The notes: generated by a model from the letters alone, not told the origin. Shown: positions 1 through 13,024, counted from the first letter of the stretch. The stretch is DNA of 64,000 nucleotides from Eledone cirrhosa (GCA_964016885.1 OZ024762.1:4464001-4528000), one strand, 5' to 3'. Numbers and translations are program-made.

Positions 1-214
1 GAAATCTTACATGCATTTATTTCAACTCTTCTTATTAATAACTGCATTGTTTCTTTCCAGGGACTATGTTAAAAAATAAACCTCATTTGGTCATTCCATG
101 AGAGTATCTTGGTCAGCCTATGAACTTCTCAGCCAACCCATGTATGTTCAGGGACGAACAAATTGTCAAGTCAATAGGAAGCAAGAAGCAATGGACCTCC
201 ATAGGTTTCGGCGA

Positions 215-440
215 TGAGTGTTGAAGTTGTTTCATCAATGGATCAGCCGGCTCATGAAATTAACATGCAAATAGCTGATTATTCCACAGACACGTGTATC
301 CCCAACTAAATTCTTAGGACATTTCAGTGTCAAAACATTGTGTAACATAACTGGCTCTTTGAATGACAAGGGCAATCATTCTGGCTGGCCTCCAAGAAAT
401 TTCCGCCAACCCTAGTTCATTGCTGGTATTGTATGGAAAC
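215..440 (-). mobile_element. SINE 3' body fragment
   Basis: ctcatgaaattaac...cagacacgtgta matches 13725-13780. Confidence 0.55.
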
Positions 441-710
441 TGAGTGTATGACGTCATCATCATCATTATCACCATCGCCACCACCATCATCATCGTTATC
501 CTAGTCATCGTCGTTGTCATCATCGTCATTATCATCATCACCATCACCATCACCATCGTCATTATCATCCCTATTATCGTCGTCAGTTAATGTTCAACCA
601 GAAATTAAAGTCCCTACCTAGGTTAAAGTCCTGTTATGGATTCTACACAAAAGTAAGCACTGTGCCGAGGTTACAAAAATACCATACAAATGATAATAAT
701 GATAATAATG

Positions 711-745
<35 letters not shown>

Positions 746-883
746 GAAATAGGTGACAAAGAGGGATTTAAGACCACAAGGTCCTAAGACATTGGAGAGA
801 ATAGGAAGACGAGACATCACAGTGAGAGGTTTACATTGAGTAAAGGAAAGGAAACATCAACAACATCAACATCAACAACAACA

Positions 884-933
<50 letters not shown>

Positions 934-935
<2 letters not shown>

Positions 936-1062
936 TGCTACTCGAAACAGCAAGGACCCTCCGATATATCCTGAATACCTGGTTCTGTAGGTAGCGGCTT
1001 GATGTTCATTTCGGCAATTTTTTCCGGTTAAATAACATCAATGACATATCAAATTCAAAATA
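934..1062 (+). mobile_element. Short 3' fragment of the same R4/Dong-like family in (AAT)n
   Basis: aacagcaaggaccctccgatatatcctgaata...ttaaataacatcaatg matches 20766-20862. Confidence 0.8.
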
Positions 1063-1077
1063 GTAATAATAATTATT

Positions 1078-1240
1078 ATGCGTGGCCTAGTTGTTAGAGG
1101 GTTTGACTGACGATCATAAGGTCGTCGGTTCGATTCCCAAACCAGATTGCATGTGTGTCTTTGAACAAAGCATGTTATTTCACCTTGCTCCACTTCACAT
1201 AAAAATTGGATACCAACAGTATCTTGGGGGGTTAACTTTC
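1078..1240 (+). mobile_element. tRNA-derived SINE
   Basis: A box tggcctagttgtt, B box ggttcgattccc, then the shared body ttgaacaaagca..tttcac..tgctcca. Confidence 0.7.
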
Positions 1241-1626
1241 ACTCCCGAAGTCAAGACAAACTCCAGTTCGCGTCTAAGCAAGAAGAAATATTAAAACTAA
1301 CTTAAAACGATAACATGAACTCTAAGAGAGGGAGAAAGAGTAGAAAATAGTGCGGGAAAGAGAGAAAGATAGTCACTACAGAAGGATATCTGGAGGGAAA
1401 CCGTTCGTGACTCCTCATTTTAAATATTTTACACTTTATTAAAAAAAATAATAGCAATAATTTTATTTTCAAAAACAATATAGGATAAACTCGGGACTGT
1501 TTCAGTGCTGAGAGGGAAACAAATCCTATCAAATATTAATTCTTATTCGTTAATTTTTACCTGGTTCACTATACCTTCACGTTCATTATTACAGTAATGA
1601 ATGGATAATATAAATCTTCTAGAGTA

Positions 1627-1681
<55 letters not shown>

Positions 1682-1769
1682 TAAAAAATACAATAAAAAC
1701 AAAATGATTTCCTTTACTAAATACATGTAATATAAATATAGATTTACACACACACACACACACACATAA

Positions 1770-3070
1770 ATATATATAATATATATTTACATATATATAT
1801 ACATATATATATAATATATATATACATAATATATATATACATAATATATATAATATATATATACATATATATATACATAATATATATAATATATATATAC
1901 ATATATATATACATATATATATAATATATATATACATAATATATATATACATAATATATATATTATATATATATATACATAATATATATATTATATATAA
2001 TATATATATACATATATATATAATATATATATACATATATATATAATATATATATACATATATATATAATATATATATACATATATATATAATATATATA
2101 TACATATATATATAATATATATATATACATATATATATAATATATATATATACATATATATATATATACATATATATATAATATATATATATACATATAT
2201 AATATATATATACATATATATATAATATATATATACATATATATATAATATATATATACATATATATATAATATATATATACATAATATATATAATATAT
2301 ATATACATAATATATATATAATATATATATACATAATATATATATAATATATATACATAATATATACATAATATATATATACATAATATATATATACATA
2401 TATATATATACATATATATATACATATATATATACATATATATATACATATATATATACATATATATATACATATATATATACATATATATATAATATAT
2501 ATATACATATATATATACATATATATATACATATATATATAATATATATATACATATATATATAATATATATATACATATATATATACATATATATATAC
2601 ATATATATACAATATATATATACATATATATATAATATATATATAATATATATATAATATATATATAATATATATATAATATATATATACATATATAATA
2701 TATATATAAATATATATATAATATATATATAATATATATATAATATATATATAATATATATATACATATATATATAATATATATATAATATATATATAAT
2801 ATATATATAATATATATATACATATATATATACATATATATAATATATACATAATATATATATAATATATACATAATATATATATAATATATACATATAT
2901 ATAATATATATACATATATACATATATATAATATATATACATATATATAATATATATACATATATATAATATATATACATATATATAATATATATATATA
3001 CATATATATATATATGTTTGTGTATATACATATATGTATACACATATATGTACAATATATATATATATAT
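1770..3070. repeat. Long interrupted (TA)n array
   Basis: TA runs punctuated by C and AA. Confidence 0.95.
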
Positions 3071-3424
3071 ACCGGAAGAATACAACAACAACAACAATTA
3101 TAATAATAATAACAACAACAACAATAGAAATAGTAATAATAATCACAACGAAATAGGTGGCAAAGAACGATGTGTGGAAGAAAGAAATGTGTGACACCAT
3201 AAACAAAACACAACACACAAAACAATAACTACTACTACTACGACTACTACTACTACTACTACTGCCTGAATTATTATTAGTACTACGACTAAGATTAATG
3301 CTATCTCTACTGCTAAAACTGTTAGTAAAATATTTATATAATAAATAATGACGAAACACATACACATATATATATATATATATATATAATATAAGATCAA
3401 AAGATGGTTAAAGGAGTTCAATAT

Positions 3425-3493
3425 ATTTTATTATGCGCATTTCAAAAACAAACATCATCAAACAATAATATTTGTGTTTTCATCAGATAAAAC
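3425..3493 (-). ncRNA. Type I hammerhead motif, mirror copy in the left palindrome arm
   Basis: Exact reverse complement of 3622-3690. Confidence 0.8.
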
Positions 3494-3621
3494 AGGAGAA
3501 CATGATATGAAGGCTAAAAAAACACTTGTTGATAGTGCAGTTTTAAATCAACATATTGATATGTTGATTTAAAACTGCACTATCAACAAGTGTTTTTTTA
3601 GCCTTCATATCATGTTCTCCT

Positions 3622-3690
3622 GTTTTATCTGATGAAAACACAAATATTATTGTTTGATGATGTTTGTTTTTGAAATGCGCATAATAAAAT
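3622..3690 (+). ncRNA. Type I hammerhead ribozyme motif (minimal, Penelope-type)
   Basis: gTTTTAT-CTGATGA-helix II (aaacacaaat...tttgttttt)-GAAA-TGCGCA-TA-ATAAAAt. Intact core, helix I TTTTAT/ATAAAA, palindromic helix III. Predicted cut after 3683. Confidence 0.8.
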
Positions 3691-3812
3691 ATATTGAACT
3701 CCTTTAACCATCTTTTGATCTTATATTATGCATACTCCAGTCCCACAAACTGTAGAGTGCTTCTTATCCGATATCTGCATTGCTTTATTGTACTACAATA
3801 AAACTCACCTCC

Positions 3813-3850
<38 letters not shown>

Positions 3851-3914
3851 TACATATATATATATATATTAATATATATATATATATTAATACTATATAT
3901 ATTAATAATATATA

Positions 3915-3947
<33 letters not shown>

Positions 3948-3949
<2 letters not shown>

Positions 3950-4197
3950 AGGGAACAAAGAATTCGTGTTACATCATATACATATTTAATTACATATTAC
4001 ATATGTTTCGCTGCCAATCAGCTCGAGGAACGATCTATTAATGATCGAACCTGACTCTTGAATTGGAAGCTCCTCAGATATGTTTTAACATGTAGATTCG
4101 CTTCTGAGTCAGGTTCGACCATTAATAGATCGTTCCTCGAGCTGATTGACAGTGAAACATATGTAATATGATGTAACACTGATACTTTGTTCCCTTA
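3948..4197. repeat. Imperfect fold-back element
   Basis: taagggaacaaag...ctgactc versus gagtcagg...ctttgttccctta; both ends are in TA-rich sequence. Confidence 0.9.
3992..4083 (-). ncRNA. Type I hammerhead motif with extended helix II
   Basis: Minus: ACATAT-CTGAGGA-gcttccaat...attggcagc-GAAA-CATATG-TA-ATATGT. Helix I is 6 bp and helix III is palindromic. Confidence 0.8.
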
Positions 4198-4869
4198 TAT
4201 ATTAATACTATTGATACTCTGCTCCCCAATAACATCGAGTGCTGATCCAGCATACCGCCCATGGGGTCAATTAACTTGCACCTTAACACTATATATATAT
4301 ACACATACATACATGTGTGTATGTATGTGCGAGTGTATGTGTAATTAGAAACTTAGGCGCTAGAATAGTTGGGGCAGAACTGACCCAAATAACTTCAATT
4401 GATTAAAATCACATCCTTAGTAGTGAGATTAATAATTTTGTAACTGACCAGCTCGGGCCAAATTGTGAAGGGGGTTAGCTCCCAAAGGCTAATTAGTTAA
4501 CATCATTAAAATATTGATTAAAATGATTATTAATTAAATATAGAATGCAGGGGAGATGAGTGTCACGTCGGAATCACTGATCGATTTTTCTGGTAATTCT
4601 ACAATTATATTATCGTCAACATCGCTTATTTGTCTGTGAGACAAGGTGAGGATTAATGAACAACAAACAAATATATAGATAAATAAATAAATAAATAAAT
4701 AAATAGATAAATAAATAAATAAATAAATAAATAATAGTAATAATAATAAATTCTAATTTAGGCACAAGGCCAGCAATTTGAAGGGGGAAGGGGGAAATTC
4801 TGGTAAATCCACCTCGAAAGATAAAAGGCAAAGTTGGCCTCGGCGTGGGTTAACTTGATGATGGTGGCG

Positions 4870-4911
<42 letters not shown>

Positions 4912-5375
4912 GTGCATATTTTGAGTGCAGGTAATTGAATTGTGAATTGTAAATGGTGCGTTTATTTTAGGAAACCGAAGAAAATGTCACACGAACAATA
5001 AAAAAAAACAATAGGAAATATAGCCGAGAAGCTGTTCAAGCAAAGAGTAAGCGTTAATAAAGAAGCGTCACCAACAATAACATCATCATCATCATCGTTA
5101 ATATAATCAGCATTATGAACATAATCAGTAATAACAGAAAATAGCAAGTTTCAAATATAGCGAAGCAACATTCATCAGCAATAACAACAGCAACATCAGC
5201 AGTAATAGTAACAATAACAACAACATCAGCAGTAATAATAATAACAGTAACAATAACAGCAACAACATAAGCAGTAACAATAATAACGAAGTTAAACGAA
5301 TGATAAGATCAAATTACTAAAATGACTAAGTACATCACTACTGAATTATTATTTAGGCCAAACGAAATGTATTGA

Positions 5376-5570
5376 AAAAGATGGCGGCACTTACGTGAAA
5401 AACAATTTTATAAGCTTTTCAGGCTTGCGGCTTTTGACAGATTTCGCAACTGTTTAGTTTCTTATTTCTTTTTTTCTTGTTATTTTAATTCTTTTGTTTA
5501 TAATAAATATTTTAGTTGTTGCAGAAGACGTGCAGTTTACCGAGAAATGTTGACAGGAAGTAACATTCCT
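5376..5570 (-). promoter_or_regulatory. Candidate promoter / non-coding first exon of a leftward gene
   Basis: YY1-type AAGATGGCGGC (5378-5388), minus-strand donor CAC|gtaagt at 5395/5394, ETS-type CAGGAAGT (5554-5561), locally raised CpG. Confidence 0.4.
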
Positions 5571-5827
5571 CGCTATTTTATTTTAAATATAATTTTGACA
5601 TATTTCTTTCTCTTTTTCTTGTTTTTTCTTTTCTTTTTTTTCGCTTTCTTCTTTTCTTCATTTGATTTACGTGGATATATTTTTTATTTTTAATCTTTAA
5701 TCTTAACTTTGTGTGGTTTTATTTTATTTCAAAATGTATTAATGGATAGTTTGAAGATTAAAGCACAAAAATAAAATAGTAACAAATTTCAAAATGGCGA
5801 TGGCCTCGAGAGCGAGAACAGGCAATG

Positions 5828-5942
5828 AGAAGAAGAAGAAGAAGAAGAAGAAGAAGAAGAAGAAGAAGAAGAAGAAGAAGAAGAAGAAGAAGAAGAAGAA
5901 GAAGAAGAAGAAGAAGAAGAAGAAGAAGAAGAAGAAGAAGAA
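5828..5942 (+). repeat. Pure (GAA)n tract, ~38 units
   Basis: Uninterrupted trinucleotide run. Confidence 0.97.
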
Positions 5943-6587
5943 TCGTTGAGAGAGAAGTAAAAACAAAGGGAGGGGTAAACCAAGAAAACCCAATACCAAA
6001 CACTCAACAATAAAAGAATTATCAACCTCAATGGGTTTACTTCAAGAACTTTCACCTGGAGATTTACTTCAATTTCCTAAAGCTTATCAATAGGTTTGTC
6101 TGCCTGTCTCTTGATCTATCGGTTATATTTGTTTATCAATATATATAATCATCCTCCTCATCATCATCATCTATCGATCTATCTGAATATATTTCTGTCT
6201 ATTAGGACACTATACGCCAATATTTGATTCAATGCACGCAGGAGAATCAAGCGAAATCAGTTTATACAATATTACACACAGACACACACACACCTATATG
6301 CTTATACACGTATGTATGTGTATGTGCATACGTACACACAGACACACAGACACACACACACACATATATATCCTTAAATTCACCGTTTAGTCCATCTATT
6401 CACTTCATTGTCTAAAATACGAAAACTTGAAGATGTGTCGAGGAGGAAAGAAAAGAAAATGGGATGATGTGAGAATTTATATTTGTGCCGGAGATGATTA
6501 TGTTGATGTCTTTGTATTTCTGTATGTTGGTGTATAGAAATATGTTATATGAAGGAACATTCGTGATAAATTCAATACAATCTACGG

Positions 6588-6937
6588 CAGAGGTTCTCAA
6601 ACTTTTTGGACCACCACCCTCCTCATGACAACGTAATACCACCAGCGACCCCTAACCCTATTTCCAGAGGGACCTGTCTACACAAAAATTGTAAATAATA
6701 TATAATAAAATAAAATCATTAATTTATATATAATAAATAATATAATATATACTATGTGTAAATAAATATTGTAAATATATATTTTTTATTTTACTATATT
6801 TATATATAATATGTATTATTTGATATTTAATATACGATTATATCATCTTACGACCCCCACCGCCTCCTTATACCCCAGTTCCCCCTGGACCTTCTAAACT
6901 CCCCCTGGGGGTGGTAACCCCACTTTGAGAACTTCTG
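6588..6937. mobile_element. Non-autonomous hAT-type MITE
   Basis: TIRs CAGAGGTTCTCAAA / TTTGAGAACTTCTG. 8-bp TSD atctacgg (6580-6587) / atctacag (6938-6945). Confidence 0.85.
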
Positions 6938-7073
6938 ATCTACAGTATACCATGTTTCGCCATCCAGGGTGTAGAAATGATCAATGATCGGGACATTCCG
7001 TACAGAACGTTTCTCACCGTAAAATATGTTCTTCTCCCTCGCTTCCATAACTAGAACTGCGTCTGCTACAGTC

Positions 7074-7177
7074 AATATCTACTACAACTGTGATAATATC
7101 TACTACAACTGTGATAATATCTACTACAACTGTGATAATATCTACTACAACTGTGATAATATCTACTACAACTGTGA
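7074..7177 (+). repeat. 21-bp tandem repeat x5
   Basis: aatatctactacaactgtgat. Confidence 0.95.
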
Positions 7178-7385
7178 CTTATACTTAACTACTGACCTAT
7201 ACGTGTGTGACACTTATTAAGTAATCCCTTCTCCCGTATCTGAATATGCTATCAGCAACAGCGGAATAACTAACAGGCAATATACACTACATGGTAGTTA
7301 CCTGTGATTTATAGACCTGAGTGGTAACCTATCCTGGGGAAATCTTTTCTAGCACCCGCTTCATAATACACACACACACATATAC

Positions 7386-7427
<42 letters not shown>

Positions 7428-7482
7428 ATATATATATATACATGTATAAATGCATATATATGTATGTATATATATGTGTATG

Positions 7483-7535
<53 letters not shown>

Positions 7536-7894
7536 ATAATAATAAATGTGAAGACTAAAATCCAAAGGGGGCTCGATAAGGATAAATATATATCAAATAT
7601 ATAAGAACCCTAGGGCAAATATATATTAAAATAACAAATTAAAGTTTAAGCAAAGAATCCTGTTAAGGGTGAAAGCAACGATTGTTTGCTTAAACTTTAA
7701 TCTGTTATATATATATATATATATATATATATAAGTGGTTACACAACAGGTACGGTGAACTAACTGTTGTGTAACCACTTCTACCTAACTCGTCCCATGG
7801 ACTGAGTGCTCTACCACTACGGATATTACCTTCCAGTGTTCTACCACTATATATATATATATTTGTAGTTTGCTTGAAGCATTGTGTATGGTAA

Positions 7895-8191
7895 ATATGA
7901 AGTTTGAAGGCCAGGATAATGTAAAATGGCCGAACAAGAAATTAACACGAAATGAGATGTTATGGGTTACCTTATTTATTTAGAAGTCCTGATATTTCGA
8001 GATAAAAACTCTTCTTCGGAGGGTAATAAAAAGCATGGTATAACGTGTTCACCGAATATGGACTTGTCTTACGTTATTTCCCCCCGAAGAAGAGATTTTA
8101 TCTCGACATATCAGGACTGCTAAATAGATAAAGTAACCCATAACTTCTTAATTTCATGTTCATCCATTTCGCATTATCGTGGCCTTCAATC

Positions 8192-8198
<7 letters not shown>
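7895..8198. repeat. Imperfect fold-back element
   Basis: Arms ~7895-8028 and ~8075-8198; the right end abuts (TA)n. A short piece of the same terminus recurs at ~31788-31808. Confidence 0.9.
7988..8022 (-). ncRNA. Ultra-minimal hammerhead-like motif (CCGAAGA variant)
   Basis: Minus: CCT-CCGAAGA-a-gagtttttatctc-GAAA-TA-TC-AGG. The counterpart in the right arm has GACA in place of GAAA. Confidence 0.45.
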
Positions 8199-8222
<24 letters not shown>

Positions 8223-8358
8223 TTCTTAAAATAAAATTTAATATATTTTGGGAAATATTATTAATATTATTAACATCAATAAGAAAGACACATTGTCACG
8301 TCACCTTTTTTCTAATTCATCCATTACCAAAATCAAACCGGGCGAGTGGCCTAGTTCG

Positions 8359-8409
<51 letters not shown>

Positions 8410-8802
8410 ATTTTACATCAGTGGATACTTCACACGGTGTTTGACTTCGTTAGTTTACGAATAAGAAAAAGGAGTTTCGTGATAATGTCTGGTTCCATAC
8501 ATAATACTGTAAATGGCAGATCATTAATAATAATAATAATAATAATAACAATAATAATAATAATAATAATAGTTTCTAATCTGAGCACAAATTCAGCAAT
8601 TTGTTGGGTGAGTGGTTCTTCACTAGTACTTTATTTTATTGACCGGGAAAGCTAGCTTTGACTTGCATCTTCCAGGATCGATATAATAAAGTACTTCTTA
8701 AGTAATATAATAAATATTATCAATTTCATCTTCCTTGGTATTGTGCCCAAATGGGAAATCCGTATTATAATAATTATTATTATTATCTTCAGTAAATTAC
8801 TA

Positions 8803-9109
8803 ATAAGTTTCAGAAAGCAAGTATAATGTGGTAGAAATATATAAAGGAGAAAGGATGACAAATAAACAAAACAAATAAGTTTTACCCAGTATATTTCAGG
8901 GCCGTACCCTCTTTCAAATGTGAAACGGAAACGATTAAAAACAAAAAAGAACGATCGAGGTGTTCTTCCATCACATTTGAAAAGAGGGTTATAACCCTGA
9001 AATATCATGTTGAAATATACTGGGTAAAACATTATTATGTTCTGCTTTATATGTCAACCTTTATCTGTTATATATTGCTACCACATTGTACTGGCTTTCT
9101 GAAACATAT
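8803..9109. repeat. Older, diverged fold-back element
   Basis: gtttcagaaagc...tttacccagtatatttcaggg...tcaaatgtga versus tcacatttga...ccctgaaatat...actgggtaaaa...gctttctgaaac. Confidence 0.8.
8973..9010 (+). ncRNA. Ultra-minimal hammerhead-like motif with U3-A8 variant core
   Basis: ACAT-TTGAAAA-g-agggttataaccct-GAAA-TA-TC-ATGT. Helices I and II both pair. Confidence 0.45.
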
Positions 9110-9739
9110 CAGCCATTTGTTACATATCTCACAATACTTCACATTAACTATACTACTTTGCTATTATCTCTTTATTCTCTTCTCAGTAATTTATTAACTT
9201 CAGTCCAGTTGATTTGGGAAAGGGTGGCAACCAACAATTGTTGCGGTTCAAGCATGGAATATTTAGTATTATAGTTAGTAAGCGAATAATTAAAATAAAA
9301 ATAAAAAATTAAAAAAGAATTATTTAGCCGAAACAAGTTTGGATGGAGGAATAAATTAAAATAATTAAAAAAAAAAACATGTTAATCTTGCGTTCCGAAT
9401 ATCATATCGTATCTTGCTGTTACAATAAAAACTTAGGAAAAAAAAAAACAAAAAAAAACAAGTAAAACCCAAAATACAATAGGAGGAGGGAGAAAAAGAT
9501 GAAGAGGAGGAAGAAGATCAGACACATTTTTGTTTAGTGATAATTGTCTCACCTGAGAACTCCGGCTGGATTAAGGAATTAAGAGTAGGATCAGTTGCTT
9601 ACTACAACTGTTTCAACCGCACCGCTGTGAACAATAAAACACTCAGTCATTGATTTCTTTGTCAAACATCTTTCCAATTGGATTGGATTGGATTGGCATG
9701 TGTTCTGTGTTGATGTGTGTCTGTGTATATGTGTACGAG

Positions 9740-9801
<62 letters not shown>

Positions 9802-10532
9802 ATATATTCGTTATACATGTTTATATACATATATAAATATATATTCATTATACATGTTTATATACATATATATATATATGTATATATATGTATATATATG
9901 TATGTATATATATGTATATACCTATATATATATGTATATAAATATATATGCATGCGTGTATATATATATATATATATATGTGTGTATGTATATAATATAT
10001 ATATAATGAATATATATTTATATATAGTGTGTGTGTGTCTATGTAAGTATATGTGTATGAGCACCTGTGTTAATAGATATGTATTATGTGTATTATATGT
10101 ATTATATGTATTATGTGTATTATATGTATTATGTATGTTTAAAAAGTTATGTGCCAGAGACTTCCTCCATTTTGATGTGATGTATATTTTGAATTCATAT
10201 AATGATAATTCCTCCTCGGCTGACTATATACACACTATATACACACATTCAAGAAATCACAACTCTACACACATTTTCTTACGCAACCATATACACCAGT
10301 CATTTGTGTGATACCTCATACTTTTCACTGAACACGTTTACAGAAAAAAAAACATCGACATGGAAAACATTAGCCATCGATAACATATCTCACATCAATA
10401 ATCGATACCATTTCTATCAGTATACTTTATCGTCTGTAAACAATATTGATTTTATGTTCACAACGAAGTTAGTAAATCAACAGAGAACTGACGGAATGGA
10501 GGGAGAGTGAAACATATTTCATTGTAAATATA

Positions 10533-10589
<57 letters not shown>

Positions 10590-10656
10590 AAAGTGAGGTT
10601 TTTTTACAAAATGAAAAATAACCGAGGTGTCCTACACGAGAGAAAGTATAAAGAAA

Positions 10657-10863
10657 AAAAAGATGAAATCGAAAATGCAACTGGAGTCTTATTTTTTAAA
10701 AAATATATATATATTTATTTGGTTCCTTTACCGGTTTCGCTGTTCTTCTGCTTTTCAACTCTACTTTTGAAAAGCAGAAGAACAGCGAAACCGGTAAAGG
10801 AACCAAATAAATATATATATATTTTTTAAAAAATAAGACTCCAGTTGCATTTTCGATTTCATC

Positions 10864-10868
<5 letters not shown>
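10657..10868. repeat. Perfect fold-back palindrome (102-bp arms, 8-nt loop) carrying a hammerhead 3' half
   Basis: Arms are exact reverse complements and contain cGAAA-CCGG-TA (10787-10796). A solo diverged copy of the right arm lies at ~12843-12938. The right end abuts (TA)n. Confidence 0.93.
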
Positions 10869-10935
<67 letters not shown>

Positions 10936-11648
10936 CACATACAAACATATAGACATATATAAATTCACAAATACATATATTCACTCATAGAAAAATACAT
11001 ACACACATATATATATATTTACACATACAACCATATATACATATATACGTACACACATACAACCATACATATATACATACACACATACATATAAACATGT
11101 ATAACCATATACAAATAAATGTATACATATTTACACGTATATAAATTTACATAAATGCATACATACATAAAAAGTTACATATTCTACACATACACAGTCG
11201 TAGACACCGAAATATATACAATATATATGATATATAACATATTTATACATATAAAAATATATATTATATATATATATATATGTACGTGCGTATGTTTGTG
11301 TATGTATGTATGTATGTGTATATATATATATTTACATATAAATATATATACATATATATATATATATAGTTAACATACACTTAAAAATAAATAACAGATA
11401 TGTATGTTTGATTTTGTTTTGGGGACATATATTCCCATACACACCAGTGTAATACCGTCAAATGGGGACAAGAAACACGACGAATAAGAGAATAACTAGA
11501 TATGTTATACAATCGGTTCATGGCGGCGATTTATATCGGAATATTACGGAAACAACCGAAGTCAAATACATTCTTTCTGCATGCAAATGTTTCATGTTCA
11601 AGGTTTATTATTGTAAATATACAACTTAAATCTGAAATATATAGAAAG

Positions 11649-11686
<38 letters not shown>

Positions 11687-11690
<4 letters not shown>

Positions 11691-11991
11691 AAATAAGATG
11701 CTGAGGTTACATATATCGTTTAATCATAATAATTATTTCTACGGTTCTCCATGCAATCGAGATGTCCTTCATGCATTTGCTGTTGATTATAAGAACGGTT
11801 TCCTCAGATGAAAATCGATATATTTGATATGTCGCTTATTGGAAACCACACATCCTAATGCCTGTCTGCTCAGCATATATGAGTTCTCATAATCAACAGC
11901 AAATCATGAAGGGCATCTTGATTGCATGGAGAACCGCAGAAATAATTATTATGATTAAACGATATATGTAACCTCAGCATCTTATTTTATT
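11687..11991. repeat. Imperfect fold-back element (~110-bp arms, ~86-nt spacer)
   Basis: aataaaataagatgctgagg...tataagaac versus gttctcataatc...cagcatcttattttatt; the left end abuts (TA)n. Confidence 0.9.
11724..11811 (-). ncRNA. Type I hammerhead motif (partly decayed helix II)
   Basis: Minus: TCAT-CTGAGGA-aaccgttct...agaaccgta-GAAA-TAATTA-TT-ATGA. Confidence 0.65.
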
Positions 11992-12111
11992 TTTTTTATA
12001 AAATTCTCCATTGTTGAGAGCTTTCTCCTGCTTGATCCTGTTTTTACCAAAACAATCTTTTCCGAACACAATATATATATATATTGCAAACTTGACTGTC
12101 ACCACTGAATA

Positions 12112-12150
12112 TGAACCTGAAGATTGCGAAAGCATGAAAGTACTTGTTCA
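12112..12150 (+). ncRNA. Compact type I hammerhead motif
   Basis: TGAAC-CTGAAGA-ttgc gaaa gcat-GAAA-GTAC-TT-GTTCA. Perfect 5-bp helix I, GAAA tetraloop on helix II, palindromic GTAC. Predicted cut after 12145. Confidence 0.8.
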
Positions 12151-12250
12151 ATTAACATTTAATATTCTACCATACTATTTCATTATAATGTCATTATAAT
12201 TTTAAAGGATTGTAAATAAAACGAGTTAATCAGACAAAGTTGGAATTCCT

Positions 12251-12337
<87 letters not shown>

Positions 12338-12955
12338 ATATATATATAAAGATATACATTGAAATGTATAGATAGTAAATACATAGAAACAGAGATACAT
12401 ATGTAGAAGATAGATTTATTCGTACATACATACATACATGCATGCATGCATGCATACAAATATATACATACATCCATACATAATACATACAGACAATAGA
12501 AACATTCAGGCATCCCTACATATGTAAGAACACACACACATATGTATATCTATTATGACGTTATGGGAATCCATTGTGCTCGTTTCACGTTACTATGAAA
12601 TTACTCCCTATCAACCACAGCTCAATTATAAACTAGACAGTCAAATACTTTGCTGTTCTCCTATGTCTGCTTCAGTGAGAATTTGAATTGAGATATATCA
12701 TCTGAATAGTAATAATTCGAAATATTTAAGGTCTAATTAAATATATAAATATAAATATATATATATAAAAAAATAAAAAATAAAATATATATATATATAT
12801 ATATATTTGCATGCGAAAAACCCCACAAACCCTCCTCTCAATTCTACTTTTGAAAAGCATAAGAACTACGAACCCGGTAAAGGAACCAAATAAATATTCT
12901 TAAAAAGACTCCAGTTGCATTTTCGATTTCATCTTTTATCCTCATATATATAAAT

Positions 12956-13023
<68 letters not shown>

Positions 13024-13024
13024 G

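Larger units (their letters stand above)
3386..3729. repeat. Perfect fold-back palindrome (171-bp arms, 2-nt loop)
   Basis: 3386-3556 is the reverse complement of 3559-3729. The left end abuts (TA)n. Confidence 0.95.

Noticed and set aside
1078-1150. tRNA gene calls for A/B-box sequences
   Set aside because: No complete cloverleaf, and each is followed by a shared SINE body, so these are SINE heads.
1569-3365. Long Tyr/Ile-rich ORFs here and at 16464-17571, 22739-23935, 44391-45343, 51450-52907 and elsewhere
   Set aside because: Translations of (TA)n/(TG)n arrays that lack stops by composition; open in several frames, with no splice or coding signal.
5739-6055. Poly-R/K/F/L/S ORFs
   Set aside because: All derive from the (GAA)n tract.
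12697-12732. CTGAATA...GAAA hammerhead look-alikes (also ~23999-24022, 22718-22762, 37983-38015, 44300-44342, 59962-60010)
   Set aside because: Core substitutions plus weak helices or a missing half; possible fossils but not separable from chance by eye.
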